Below, piece after piece: positions 13,294 to 27,229 of a stretch of DNA of 64,000 nt. A model generated the notes under the pieces. The model was not told the origin of the DNA. It did no database searches and worked only from the letters and a program-made list of their open reading frames with translations. The translations under genes and the position numbers were made by a program. Within the stretch, counting starts at the first letter, position 1. Every line of letters starts with the position of its first letter. Location of the stretch: NCBI RefSeq assembly GCF_006345805.1, contig NC_043002.1, positions 88,412,001-88,476,000 on the forward strand, written 5' to 3'. The DNA comes from Octopus sinensis. Taxonomy: Eukaryota.

Positions 13294-13424
13294 TTGGGCC
13301 GTTCCATGAATAATGTGTTTTTTTATACTTCTTTTATTTTCCAAAATTAAGATAAAAAAAGTTCTTTTTTAATCTTAAATATACTCGCCTTCATTTTCTA
13401 CAATATTCTCCCATCTATCTGGTA
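13294..13424 (-). mobile_element. Mariner 3' end fragment
   Basis: Minus strand reads NLPDRWENIVENEGEYI; terminal TA-TTGGG. Confidence 0.65.
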
Positions 13425-14309
13425 GATTTGCAAGGCATTAATATTTTGCACACTTTCAAATCGATCTTTGATAAATTATTGTCAGGAAAAAATATATTTA
13501 TAGGAAATACAGAAAAAGCAACAAAACATTTCGAAGCAGGAGATAAAGTTCACTTTAAAATTGACAAAAATGGTAAAGAAAGCTGGGAGGATAGTTTTGT
13601 AACTAAAAGATTAGGAAACATGATGTATGTAATTAAAAGACAACATTGAGAACATAAGAGACACCTAAACCAATTAAAGACGAGACATACTGAAAAAGGA
13701 ATGAAAATACTAATGGAAGTCTGCTATGACATGTTTGAAGTGCCAGCACCAGAAAAGATTGAGCCTTGTAGAAGCAGCAGTAGAAAAAAGAAACAGACTA
13801 TACACTTAGAAATAATGCCAAAACAAAAAAGATAATGAATTTTCAAAAAAAAAAAAAGAGGGAGAGGTGCTGGAAAAAGAAAAAAGAAAAGAAATTTCAC
13901 TTCTTATGGAAGTGGAAATCTCTAAAGGGGAGATGTGATGAGAGTCACAATTCCCCCTTGCAAGGAATAGACCAGACCAAGTGATTATTAATAGTAGTGG
14001 TCAGAGTGAAATTTGTGTTCTACTTTGAGTTGAGTTCGCAATGAGGTTGGAAAGTGTTGGTTGATTAGTTCATTTGGAATATTGATTGTTGGTTTGTGAA
14101 GAGATTGTTGGATCGTTACGTTGTTATTATAGCTGCATCATTATCTTGTTTACTGTTACTACACTGTTACAGTGTATCTAAACCATCCGTCATAATATCA
14201 TGGTGGTACCATGACATTTGGAGATGGAGGATACAACACAACCTCAGTACTTATGTTAAGTTTGGTACTTGTTAAACTGCTAAATTACAAGGTTGTAAAA
14301 AATACAACA
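13425..14309 (+). mobile_element. Gypsy-like LTR retrotransposon 3' remnant (pol C-terminus, PPT, LTR)
   Basis: FEAGDKVHFK..W..G.VTKRLGNMMYVI..HKRHLNQLK resembles the integrase C-terminal region; PPT AAAGGGGAGA then TG at 13934; the LTR end is approximate. Confidence 0.65.
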
Positions 14310-14394
14310 CTAGTTGTTAATTAGTAGATACACACACACACATAAATGCATATGTACACACACACACATATGTACAGACACACACATAAATATC

Positions 14395-15950
14395 TTACAA
14401 TGGCACCTGTAACAAAATACGTGTCACTAAAGAATATTACAGCCAAATAAAGAAAATTTGGACCTCAGAACTCTCTGCATTCAATAAAACAGTGGCCTAC
14501 AATGTGTTTGCAGTGCCAGTACTCATACCAACATTTGGGCTGCTTGATTGGATGCTTGATGAGATCCAAGCCATTGATGTGGAAACCTGAAAAATACTAA
14601 CAAGCAAACACAATTTCCACATAAACTATGACATAGACCACCTCTACCTAAAGCAAGAACAAAGTAGCAGAAGCTTAACATTGATCCAAAATGCCTTTGA
14701 ATGTCATATTCCCTCAGCAACATCTATTAACCACTGAGTCTTGAAGTGCATCCCTTGACCAAGTTTACATACATGAGGCTGATAACATCATAAGACTTGG
14801 AAGGCAGCTCCTTGAGCAACATTCCTTGTCTGATAACTTACAATACATTCCCAAAGAAGTCACACGACTCTGTCGCAATATATCATCAGATAAAAGTATG
14901 AGCTTATATGAGCAGAAGACTATGCATGGATATGTTAGTAGAAAGCCCCGAGATGACAGTAACATTGATCATTAAAGCATTCTATCATGGACCAATAGCC
15001 AGATTACTATCTCCCACTTTGAAGGGTATGCATTTTCAATCCAGGAACAGGAAATACCAACCAAATACCTGATGCACAAAAGGGATAGAGATGCAGGAAA
15101 AGCAGTAAAAGGCGAAAACTGATGCAGACTTTGTGGAGTTCACACTGAAGATATCAGCCACATCATAAGCAGTTGTCCAAAAATGTCATCACGATATTGT
15201 CTACCGATGAGACATGACGTTGTCGCTAGGACACTTTATAATGAAATCCATCAGAAGAATAAACCCGAGGATGAATAAATAAGAACCAGTATGGTAGAAG
15301 CCACAACCTTCATAATAAAAAGGAGTACTGGTGGAATGTCCCAGTGAAGATCTCAATAAAATGTAAGCACAACAGACCTGATATAATGATTTGGGATAGA
15401 GAAGAGAAATTGTGTACAGTTGTGGAAATTAGCTGCCCGGCAGCTGTCAACATAAAGCTGAAGATCAGTGAAAAAGAGAACACCTATGCTGAACTATGGA
15501 GAAATCTACAGTTACTTTATCCAAACTACAAATTCAGGTTTATAACTGTAATTATTGGGGTCCTGGGATATGTAACACACTGCCTAAATACCAATCTTGA
15601 GAAATTAGGCTTCTCAAAACCAGAAAGGAGAAAGCTAATTCGAAGACCACAGATTCAATCCATCACCAGAACTGTAAAAATCTGTAAAAGTTTTCAGAAG
15701 TTTTTCATTTAAATATATATGAGCATGTCTAGATATGCAACTATATGCATGAGAATACATACATAAAACAAAACATACAACTCCACACATATACATACAT
15801 ACATAAAAACAAAAATACCCTGTTGTTGATGTTGAAATCTCAAGGAAGTAGCCTTGGATCCGGGTTAGAAACTGGGTCTTTCTCTATTGGCAAGAAATCT
15901 TGGAATAAAGCTGAATAATGACATACATACATAAATACATACATAAATAC
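14395..15950 (+). mobile_element. R4/Dong-like non-LTR retrotransposon (RLE type), 5'-truncated and decayed
   Basis: CRLCG...EDISHIISSC zinc knuckle, RPDIMIWD...EISCP...KENTY restriction-like endonuclease motif, 3' UTR ending at (ACAT)n; stops and frameshifts. Confidence 0.85.
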
Positions 15951-15964
15951 CTACATAATACATG

Positions 15965-15998
<34 letters not shown>

Positions 15999-16219
15999 CA
16001 GACATAGATGCATATACATACACACAGACATAGACATAGACACACACACATGTATATATATATATGCATATATATATATACAGGAATAAACAGGAAACAG
16101 ATGGATAATATGGCATTACTATATGTGTTTCTGTAGCAAATTCATCACTAGTACATTGTTTCATACAGTTTGGCATGGAGTAAAGTTCAAGATTATATAA
16201 AATTATGCAATAAGCCATA

Positions 16220-17129
16220 TGAGGTGGTATGAAAAGGTTTCCAGACTAGTTATGTTTAGTAAAAAATAACTTATTTACCTAAGTTTTAACATCATCTCCT
16301 TCGAAATAGTCACCTTGTAAACTTATACACTGGTCTCAGCATTCCGGCCACTTTTGAAATCTGGCCTGGAAGTCATTTTCCATAAGTTGAAGACCTTCTG
16401 CAATTCGCTCTTCATCTCAAGAATAGTGTTAAAACAGCGATCTTTGAGCTGCATTTTCATCTTGAGGAAGAGATGGAAATCCATAGGTGCTAAATCTGGT
16501 AAATACAGTGGGCACAGAAGTGATACCTTGTTTTACCTGGCGAGAAACTCACGAGTGATGAGCTTGGTGACAGGGTGCATTGTCCTCATGAAGAATCCAA
16601 ATATGTGTACTCCACAGATCTGGTCCCTTTTGCCAAATGTCCTCCTTTAAATGCTTCAAAGCGTTGCAGTAGAATTCTCAATTGATGGTCTGGAACTGTT
16701 GGATGAATTATCGATGCACAATACCATGGATGTTGAAAAAAAACAATGAGCATGCCCTTGATTGAGCTGCGGCTGTTGTGCTTTTTGTAGTGCCCATACC
16801 ACTCATAAAATTGTATATAACCCATCGCCTCATCACCGTAAGCTTGTCAAAGCATGCTCAATGCCTCTGTACCAGACTTCCCAAGTTTAATGCAAAATTT
16901 CAAATTGGCTCTTTGTTCCAACTTCCTGTCTATGACAAAATTCTCAGACTACAGCATAAACATGATCACAAAAACACAAATTTCACAAATTATGAAGTAA
17001 ACACAGCAATATCACTAGGCATACTGTTTCATGAAGGTCATTGCTACTTCTCACTGCACATATAACCATGTGCTGCCATCTGTTGGCACACTACAGTACT
17101 AGTCCGGGAACTTTTTTGATACTACTTCA
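16220..17129 (-). mobile_element. Mariner transposon with internal deletion (910 bp)
   Basis: Imperfect TIRs TGAGGTGGTATGAAAAGGTTTCCAGACTAGT / ACTAGTCCGGGAACTTTTTTGATACTACTTCA, TA on both sides. EQRANLKFCIKLGKS is fused directly to MLIVFF..HGIVH, WILHEDNAPCH, YLPDLAPMDF, GDYFEGD. Confidence 0.9.
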
Positions 17130-17235
17130 TATTATGTAATGTTGCCACATCTTCAGGTAATATTCAATTAGAAGTTTATTAGGTGATATGCACCACTGGA
17201 ATAATAGTAGCATATGTTTGTCTTCTCTCTCTCTT

Positions 17236-17300
<65 letters not shown>

Positions 17301-17481
17301 ATTTGTATATTTTATAAGTATATATGTGTTTATGTGTATATATATATATAGGTATTTTGAGTATCTATTTTACCATTTATCTTCTTGTTCTTATAGGATA
17401 GTATGGGAAGCAGGTTTTTTTTTATATATATTTCAATATTATTATTATTATTATATTATTATAACTTTGTAATTATGTATA

Positions 17482-17612
17482 TCCTCTGACGAGGCCTTAG
17501 GTTATTTAAACAGACAAATATAAACTTAATGCCTAAGACTATACTATGATGGCATATATGAGCATTTTAAGGTGGATTGCCTCTTGACCATAGGCTGAAA
17601 CAGCTGTAAGGA
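17482..17612 (+). ncRNA. Putative type I hammerhead ribozyme (Penelope-type) with ~94-nt stem II insert
   Basis: TCCT-CTGACGA-GGCCT...AGGCT-GAAA-CAGCT-GTA^AGGA; palindromic stem III ACAGCTGT; stem I TCCT/AGGA. Confidence 0.6.
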
Positions 17613-17788
17613 GCAGTTTATTTGTATTATTTTTATTGTATTATTAATTTGCATATTGATGTATATTGTGTTGTTCAATTTTCATGTTCCTATTTGTATA
17701 ATTAATAAATATGAAATTGTAATATCTGTAAGTTGATGATCGAAATGAATTTGTTCCTCCATTTTCTTATTTGTATTATATATATATA

Positions 17789-17831
<43 letters not shown>

Positions 17832-18089
17832 GTTTCACTGTGAATTGGTCTTTGTCATTACACCACAGGGTTATATTTTTACAGCATTTTGAAATGAGAA
17901 TTGAACTGACAAATTTTGCCATCTTTACAGCTTATAAGCATTTGCTTACTTCCTCTTCAAAGTTACCAAATCTAGCAGAATGTATATCATTTATATGGTA
18001 GTGTCACATGTCTTATAAGATTTCTATGCTTATTATACCATGTGACTCATCCTTAATTGTTAAGTAGTTTTACCAATTAAGATGGTTAC

Positions 18090-18345
18090 CAGTTTGATGA
18101 AGGAAGTTTAGTCATTGAGTTGAAGAAAGTTTCTAGAGATGATGGACTGCTTGTAACTACATCTTGATTTTGGATTAGCACTTTGTGGTGGAAGAACAGA
18201 ATTAGACATTCAATAAGAACATTATTGGACATATTATACGGGGGACAAAATATTTCCCACCATTCTTGATATTCAGCTCTGTCAGATAGAATGGCACAAG
18301 CTATGAAGAATTGGCTCAATATATTAGAATTGTATCTTGAACTAG
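18090..18345 (-). CDS. Candidate host exon (ASSRYNS...EYQEWWEIFCPPY...KLPSSN)
   Basis: Long open frame; acceptor ttttattgttgctatgtgctgtag (alternative at 18278); donor CTG|gtaacc; no homology recognised. Confidence 0.22.
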
Positions 18346-19734
18346 CTACAGCACATAGCAACAATAAAAGAGTGAGGCCATTATTTGTTGGAAGGAAAAA
18401 CCTTCACAGAATTTATCATGCTCTAAATTTTGAAGAAGTACCTTATGTGAATGTAACAAATTTACTGAAGGCCCCCACCCAAGAAAAACAATCACTTATA
18501 TAAAGAGGAGCATGTTTCAGTTTATTTCACTCCAAGAAAATGAACATTTGCTTAATTATATTACTGATCTTAAAACAAGTGCATGTATGTGTGATTTGGT
18601 AATTATGACACCTATAAAAAATAAAATATCAACTGTGAAGTTCCTCATTGCCAACACTGGAGGGTCATCAACTGCACGCCAAATTTCATTGATGTTTGGC
18701 TAATTAGTACTGCATTATGGTGCCCTGCTGTGTACCTCCTCCAGTGCTGCTTATCAACTTATGTGCCATCCAAAATGAACCAACCTCTGCTGGTGAACAA
18801 CTCTGTCTCACCCACCCTTCCTACCTCAAGTCTAACCATACCCAGAGCCCAAATCCACTTTCTAAATGCAAACCCTGCAAAGACAGTTGACACAATCTCA
18901 CCACCCACAGCTTTGTCCTCCATCCATTTTCTGGCATTCTTCTATCATCACATACTTCCCTGACTTCTCTTTCACTTCTTCCCTTCACATCTCCTACGAC
19001 ATAATCAACTCCATATTGATAACATGATGTGCTACCCTTGACTCAGGAAACACTGATCAGGTCTCAAGATCATGCTCACCTCTTCTGGAGGCATTGTCTG
19101 CTTCCCTCTTTCACCTGCTAACATCTCCCAGTTATCAGCCACTGCTAACATTCTACAAGTGGATCATTTTATTGAGATGAATCACACTCTGAGAATAAAA
19201 TTGTTGCATAAAAATTTAATAGCATTGGTGCAGATACATGGTTTGTTGAACAGCAAAAAACAGCTAATGCACATCTAATATGCATGGAAAAAGATAATAT
19301 CAGTTTGATGAGATAATCTCAAACTAAAAAGTATTAAAATAAATAAAAATAAGCTCTGTATTAAAATAAATAAAAATAAGACTGTGGTTCAATATCACAT
19401 AACTTCCCTGATTCTAAAAGGAGAAAATTTGCTTCTTACATTCTTTTTTTTTTTTACTTGTTTTAGTCAATTAGACAGTCGTCATACTGGAGCAATAAAT
19501 AAAAAGAACAGGAAAAGGAGGGAGAGAGAAAAGAGAAAACAATTTTGTGAATGTATGTAAATGGGGGAAATTACAATTTCATAACTTTAGCAGTTCCCAC
19601 CTAAACCAAAATGAAGAGCAATTGGAATAAGCTACATGAGAAAATATTGTGAGCTAGTGATAATGAAATCATTTTTCAAACTAAGGCTGATGGTCCCTTA
19701 TGACTACAACATATAAAAGTTGATGAAATAGTCA

Positions 19735-19885
19735 TATATACATTATTTACATTATTTACATTTGACAGATATTTGTCTTCATCTTCTTTGTTGTTAACAC
19801 GTTTCGGCTGATATACCCTCCAATCTTCATCAGGTGTCTTGGGTAAATTTCGACCCTGGGTTCTCATTCCTAAGGTATTTTTCGA

Positions 19886-19936
<51 letters not shown>
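19735..19936 (-). mobile_element. Penelope-like pseudo-LTR with decayed hammerhead core, beside an (ATT)n tract
   Basis: Minus strand GACAC-CTGATGA-AGATTGG...TCAGCC-GAAACGTGTT. Confidence 0.6.
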
Positions 19937-19937
<1 letters not shown>

Positions 19938-20667
19938 TTTCAGGTCACTGTCTGGAATCAAACTCAGAATCTTAATCACTACACCATATGCCCTTTTAAG
20001 AAAAAGACCAGCAATTTTTAGAAGAGGAGTTTAGTTGATACCTTTGGCCCTAGTACTTGACAGTGCTATCTTAAGACATGGACACACTGAGCAGTTGCCC
20101 AGAGACCACATGGGTCTAAGGGTCCTATTTTGATCTATGTATCCTATGGTTTGCAGTCATTAAATAAACACTGTAAGGCCCAGTGCAGTTTGCCTGGGGG
20201 GCAATAATATGGTTTAGATAGCGCTGTACTTAACTGGTGCTTTATTTCATTGACCTCAAATGGGTGGAAGGCAAAGTTGACCTCAGGTGGATTTGAACTC
20301 AGAGTGTAAAGAGCCAGAACAAATACTGCAAAGTGTTTTTTCTGATGCTCTAATGATTTTGCCACCCTGTGTGTTCTATCAATAAAATATCTGATTGTTA
20401 TAGTATTTTTGTACAGAATACAGTACACTGCTCTATCAGGTCAGGTTTTTGTGTGGCATGGTTCATACAACTACGTATATATCAAAATATGATGGGAAAA
20501 AAAGGCATACCTATTGTTTACTCTGTTACATGTAATGCTTATTTATACACATTTTCTTAAACTAATCATGATCAAGAGTTTATAACTTTGTTAATTTTTT
20601 ATGTGCAAACTTAAAATTCTGTCAGAAGGTGTTTAAATACCAATGACTTACAATTATGTAGGTTTAC

Positions 20668-20826
20668 CTGATTTTGTTAAATTTAACTTCTATGGACAAG
20701 TGAAATTAATTAATAGGTGTAAAAGCAATAACTTTACAGATAGTAACAAAACAAACTTTACCTGTTTGTACTGTTTCTAAAATTATCCAATAATGATGCA
20801 GGAATTGACCTCCAACAATTTTGCCA
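20668..20826 (-). CDS. Candidate exon pair (20762-20826 and 20668-20689) separated by a 72-nt GT-AG intron
   Basis: Donors CAG|gtaaag and CAG|gtaaac, acceptor cacttgtccatag; joined frame GKIVGGQFLHHYWIILETVQTEVKFNKI; upstream acceptor weak. Confidence 0.25.
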
Positions 20827-21065
20827 CTTTTCAAGAGCAGGTGAATTAATTTGAATTAATTATAAGGCAGTTATAATTAGTACATAGTTTTATTCTTCTT
20901 CTGTATTTCATTGAAACATTTTCATTGAAAAGAAAGTATAAAACACTTTTACTAGTCAATATACTATTGGCTATGTATTCTTACTCAATTTCCTAAGTAG
21001 ATTTATATAAAAGAATATGTCCAATAAAAAAGTTCATTAACAGACGATTACAGGTGTACATATAC

Positions 21066-21473
21066 TCTTTTACTCTTTTACTTGTTTCAGTCATTTGACT
21101 GTAGCCATGCTGGAGTACTGCCTTTAGCCGAGCAAATTGACCCCAGGACTTATTCTTTGTAAGCCTAGTACTTATTCTATTGGTCTCTTTCGCTGAACCG
21201 CTAAGTTACGGGGACGTAAACACACCAGCATTGGTTGTCAAGCGATGTTGGTGGGACAAACACAGACACACAAATATATACACACACTTGCATATATATA
21301 TATATATATATATATACAATGGGCTTCTTTCAGTTTCTGTCTACCAAATCCACTCACAAGGCTTTGGTCGGCCCGAGGCTATAGCAGAAGACACTTACCC
21401 AAGGTGCCACGCAGTGGGACTGAACCCGAAACCATGTAGTTGGTAAACAAGCTACTTACCACACAGCCACTCC
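21066..21473 (-). mobile_element. SINE family A
   Basis: Full-length copy. Confidence 0.9.
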
Positions 21474-21612
21474 TTGAAAATTAATATATATTTTCCATTT
21501 TTGCCCATTATTCATACTCAAATGCAACTGGCATATAATGATTACATTTTAGTCAGGAGTTAGTAAAATATTTTCATGCTACATTCTTGTAATGAAATTG
21601 TCCATAGCACCC

Positions 21613-22600
21613 TTAACCACAATGGCACTTTACAAAACAAACATATAAAAAAGGTCTCAGCTTGATACCCTTCAGCAGTTTTTCTTTTTGGCAATAAGTA
21701 CATTCTACACACTTTTTCTTACCATCTACTTTTGTTGCTTTAATCTTATGGAAATCAATATTCTCTCTGTTTATATCCAACTTAGTTAATTTTGCTTTCC
21801 ATGCAACTTTATGCTTTTGGAAAAAGTAACTTCCATGTAATCCCAAAACATTGTCAATATGAAATTTCATATGACAGTAGTCTTTTCAAGTACACATTGA
21901 AAAAAATTCACAATTGTGAATCAAAAACCGCAAAATACATTTCCATTATTTCAAAATAGGACATCTAACTGAGAACCAGTTTTATCACAATGGTTCCTTT
22001 CAGCACCAACACTTGCCTGTTGAATAATAGACAAGAATAAAATTGTATGAAGTGGTTAGCCTGTTTCCCTTTTGCATCTGAGAAATGCTTCCTTTATTTT
22101 TTTAAGCTTTGTAGATTTTATTTCTTGGGGTAGCCATTTGTTGCTGTGTGTTATCAAACAGCAAGTGTACATGCTCATTAAGGCAAGATGTTCTTCCAGG
22201 ACCGTTGATGAAAATAAAACAATCAGAATAAAGATATCTAAGTTAATGGTAAAAAGGCTCGGTTATAGAGAACACAACCTCATATCCCAAACCATTTTTT
22301 CTCCCTCCACTGCACCCACCCACACACACACCTGTTGACATCAAAGTTTGTGCAGTAGCCTGTAATTGATTCCCAGACCTACTGAACTTTGATGCTTTAT
22401 TTTGAGGGCTTAGTTGGCATGTATTACTGGGAATGTATCCTACCCTTATAACCCATCAACGCTGACATTTTTTCCTGATTTATATGCGGGTTTTATACTT
22501 CTCAGATAGTATAACACCTCTAGCATTGGGTACACTTCGTATAAAGGATCATAATTTGGTTCATTCCCATTAGGTAACGTGAGAAGTTTCACTTGGGTGT
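21613..22600 (-). mobile_element. piggyBac (PGBD4-like) transposase fossil
   Basis: YDPLYEVYPML...AYKSGKNVSVD; KGRIH...YMPTKPSK; ESITGYCTNFDV; GLGYEVVFSITEPFY; C-terminal KKKCVECTYC; many frameshifts and stops. Confidence 0.8.
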
Positions 22601-22639
22601 AAGTATTGATTAAATTCGAAATACCTGATTTGAGAGAGC

Positions 22640-23625
22640 ATGGCCAGAGAAAGATAATGAGGAATGGAAGTGGTTCTGAGATGGGAGAGGAAAGATGAAG
22701 ATAAGGAAATGGAGGAGACTGTGTGAATATGTGCCTATTCACATCAGCAATAAGAAGGTGATGAGTGTTAAGGAATAAGATATGGGGGAAGCTTGATTAG
22801 GCAGTGAGAATAAAGAGATGAGGTGGAGTGGCAGATTCAAGCATTTACCTAGGTGGCTTTAGGATATCAATTCTGTTGTGGTGAATGAGTTTTCTCAAAC
22901 ACAGAAGGGTGTCACATATCTCAGTCCTTTGTCATTTTTAGGTTCAGCAGCTTGAGATTGGCCCTCAATAATTCATGCCATGTCTTCCTGGGTCTCCCCC
23001 TTCCACAAGTTCCATCCACTTTAAATGATTGATGCTTCTTTATGCAACTGTCCTCATCTATACACAACATATAACTGAACTAACACAGTCTTTTCACTTG
23101 CACACTATGTCTAATTCCTCTTATGCCTACCTTTCATTACAACACACTAGCACTCTGTTGTACATGTACACAACACTGATATTGTACAGCCAATGGAGCA
23201 TACAAGCTTCATTCCTCTCTAGTCTTCATGTGTCTTCTGTATTTAGGGCCCATGTCTCTCTACCATGTAGCATTGCAGTTCATACTCAAGCATCTTATAA
23301 TCTTGCTTTCACTCAAGAAGAAAGAATTTTGCTTGCCCACAGTGGTAAACATCAAATGGATCTGCTACCTACACCTTTCCTACATATCGAGTAGAGTCAT
23401 TTACTAGAAAGAGGTAAGGTCCTGTCTTTTTTCTTGGCTACTAGGACCTTGGTCATTGCTAAGTTAACTTTCAGGCCTATCAATTCCAGGCTTTGTTGCC
23501 AAACCTGAAATTTCTTTTCTAGTTCTGTTACAGATTCTGCTATGAGAGCAAAATCATCAGCTCCCTATAATAGTTCACATGAGCATCCAGTCTTAAATCC
23601 CTCTGTTATGGGCTGGAGGATGATG
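22640..23625 (-). mobile_element. RTE LINE fragment (RT C-terminal half)
   Basis: FKTGC..ELL..DD.ALIAESVTELEKKFQVWQQSLELIGLKVNLAMTKVL. Confidence 0.8.
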
Positions 23626-23821
23626 ATGAATTGGCGGGAGCTGAAAACCAAACCTTGGTGAACACCTACCTGTACACTAAATCTGTCATGGTAGTCATGG
23701 CTAATTCTCACCTAACAAATAACACCTGTGTACATAGCCTGCATTGTTTTCACAAAAGTCTATCCTTAGTTGGATGGGGAGACAGACACAAACACAAGGA
23801 CACACACGCACACGCACACGC

Positions 23822-23864
<43 letters not shown>

Positions 23865-24329
23865 TTTATATGCAGTAAGCCTCCACACAGTTTCTATTTA
23901 CCAAATTTACTCACAAGACATTGGTTGGCCAAGCACTGTATTAAAAGGCACTTGCTCAAGGTGTTACAAAGTGGACCTAAATCCAAAACCATATGGTTGT
24001 GAAGTGAGCTGTTACACCATCTGCACAACCATGCCTACACCTACACAGCTATGTTTAATTACAATATATAAAAATGACAAGTATTTATTAAACATCTCCT
24101 TTCCAGTGACATAAAGGTATGTCTTTATCTTTAATAGGCTGGAAAGCACTCTTAGTATATAATAGAAATCAATGAATTTAACCTTCAAGACACACCTTGC
24201 TTTACTCTGAGCATCTTTGAACCAGATTTTTTTTTTATTCATGAGTGTGTTTATTCAGCCAAGACCAAGCTGGTTTAAAGTATCGTTAGTAGATATAAAA
24301 TGATGGATTGGTGCTGCTTTCAGAATGTT

Positions 24330-26270
24330 CTGCCATCATGTTATACTTTTTCAGTATATTGCTTATATATCACTCTGTCATGTATTCACAAACTATACAA
24401 CAATGTTTTGTAATAACCTAGTATGATTCCCTCTTGGCTAGTTAATGGTGTAACATTCCTACTGCCAAAAATGAAGACACAAATGAACCTAAAAGTTATA
24501 ACCTGCTTAACAATAATGTATAAAATACTAACTTCTGGCTTGACAGGAATATACCTATAGTTTTTTAATAAAAAGTGGCATATTCCCTAATGAGCAAAAA
24601 GGATGTAAACGTGGGTCCTATGGTTGTAAAGCTACTCATCAATAAGATGATATTGGAAGATTGTCACAAATGACACAAAAACTTGTCAATAGCCTGGGTA
24701 GACTATAAAAAAGCTTTTGATAGTCTACCACATAGCTGGATTAAGAAATGCCTGGAAATGTATAAAATAGCACCAACTCTGTGAAACTTCTTGTCTGTAA
24801 TTATGTGATCATGGAGAACCACACTGACTTTGAATAGTGACAATGAATCTCTCAATGCCGGAGATGTAAAAATTTCATGTTGCATTTTCCAAGATGACTC
24901 TCTATCACCACTCCTCTTTTGTCTAGCCTTAACACCTCTCTCAAAATTGCTTGATGTACAATATGGCTACTAAAAATGTTTGATAAAAATATAAATCATC
25001 TCTTTCACATAGATGATTTAAAACTCTTTACCAGAAATGACAACAACTACAGGGCTTATTAGCAATTGTTAAACAAATGATGACATCAGGATGCAATTTG
25101 GCCTTGATAAATGTGCAAAAGCTACCTTTATCAAAGGGAAAATGACAGAAACATCCGTTAATCTTGACCAGCAGAATGTCATAAAGGAGTTAGAACCAGT
25201 GGAGAGCTACAAATACCTAGGGGTATTTGAAGGCGATGGAATCAAACATCAATGATGAGGTAAGGGATCAGAAGAGAATATTGTCGCAAGGTAAGGGCAA
25301 TACTCAAGACAGAGCTGAGTGCAAGAAACAGGATCAAAGTGATCAATACTTTAGTCATAGCGGTCGTGACTTACAGTTTCAATATCATTAACTGATCAGT
25401 TACTGAAATATGTAATCGTGACAAAAAAATACAAAAATTGTTGACAAATATTGAATGACTTTACCTGCCAAGAAAAGAGGGTGGCCATGGACTTTTACAA
25501 CTGGAACTAACAATGAAGATTACCACAATTGACCTCAATACCAACCTGAAAAACTCTGATGACTGGATGTTAAAACTTGTTTTAAAGCATGAAAACAAAA
25601 AAGCATTATACTCAGTAACAAATCAGGCAAAGGAATGTCTAAGTGAATGCCAAATACAACAAATCCCAGAATTAGACATACTGGAAACAAGCACAGAAAA
25701 AACTAAGTGTATGAAAACCCGTACTAAAAGTGCTGTCTTAGATATTCTTTCTGATAAATGGCAAGAAAAACCTCTCAATGGCAAATACCCAAAGAGAGTT
25801 AATAATGCTGATGTTGACAAAACCTTTAACCATCAATGGGTAGTGTCTTCTGGCTTAAAATCACTTTGACTTACAGAGAGACAAGGTGTTAGAGCACTAA
25901 AGGCCGAATATAGTAGTGTTTAGGAAGGACAAGCAAGAATGCCAAATAATTGATGCAGCAGAGCCAGGTGATCAATATATTATCATGAAAGAAAGAGAAA
26001 AAGTTGACAAATACGGAGACCTGAAAATTGAGATTGCCAAACTGTAACAGCTGCAAGAGTTATACATAAAGGCTGTTCTTGTTGTCATCCCGAGCTGAAG
26101 AGACATCTGGACACTTTAGAAATACCCTATAATCTTCATGTATTGCAAAAATCAGCTTTACTTGTAACTGCACACATACTGCATAAAGTACAGTCTGTCT
26201 GAGGTCCTTCTTGTGACTTGACAGAAAGTAAAAATCTCTGGTGCACACATCTTCAATCTACAGCATCACA
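24330..26270 (+). mobile_element. R4/Dong-like LINE (RT plus RLE remnants)
   Basis: TFLLPKNEDT, DYKKAFDSLPHSWI, IFQDDSLSPLLFCLAL, DDLKL, GLDKCAK, SYKYLG, EKVDKYGDLK. Confidence 0.85.
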
Positions 26271-26315
26271 ATATTAGAAACTTTGCAACATCTATAATGA
26301 TAATAAAGATATTAG

Positions 26316-26712
26316 GCATAGGAGTGGCTGTGTGGTAAGTAGCTTGCTTCGAAACCACATGGTTCCGGGTTCAGTCCTACTGCATGGCACCTTGGGCAAG
26401 TGTCTTCTACTATAGCCTCGGGCCGACCAAAGCCTTGTGAGTGGATTTGGTAGACGGAAACTGAAAGAAGCCCGTTGTATATATGTATATATATATATGT
26501 GTGTGTGTGTTTGAGTGTCTGTGCTTGTCCCCCCAACATCGCTTGACAACCGATGCTGGTGTGTTTATGTCCCCATAACTTAGCAGTTCGGCAAAAGAGA
26601 CCGATGGAATAAGTACTAGGCTTACAAAGAATAAGTCCTGGGGTCGATTTGCTTGACTAAAGACAGTGCTCCAGCATGGTCACAGTCAAATGACTGAAAC
26701 AAGTAAAGAGTA
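26316..26712 (+). mobile_element. SINE family A
   Basis: Full-length copy. Confidence 0.9.
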
Positions 26713-27170
26713 TATATACTTATGGTTTTAGTTCTGTTTTCCTGTTTGCATCACCAAGCCTAAAAACCATAGTCTTTACTCACAAGTGAGATTGGCTTGG
26801 TAGTATGTACCATGTTTTCATTAAGTGTTTTAGGTGTCTTAGTCATTACAAGCTGACATGGACATCCTCTTGACCTTCTCATTCCTTGACTCAATGGAAT
26901 ATCTGTGATGTGACAGCTAGTGAAAGAGAAGGTTATTCCTGTGCCAGGTTGGTACTTATTTTCGGTTTGTGGTCTCATGGTTTGAGCATTGCATTCTTAA
27001 TCACAAAAACATGGTTCAATTCCTGGATTAGGACTGAGCTAATATGCAGCACAAACAATTGATTACGATAAACAAATCATCTGTGAAGGTTGTTCAGCAA
27101 GAAATTGTAGAACCATCCTTTTCAGAGTCAAGAAACTCTCCTCTTTTTGGCCATGTGCCTATTAACATAC

Positions 27171-27229
27171 TTGTAAAATATTTTCCTTACATGGTCAATA
27201 AGGCAACCATATCCAGAATTATCACCATG
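27171..27229 (-). CDS. Candidate host exon (59 nt, phase 0->2): HGDNSGYGCLIDHVRKIFY
   Basis: Donor CAA|gtatgt, acceptor cctgatcttgacag. Confidence 0.25.

Noticed and set aside
24190-24242. KKKIWFKDAQSKAR resembling homeodomain helix 3
   Set aside because: Lacks the invariant WFxN-R and the rest of the domain; starts in an A-run
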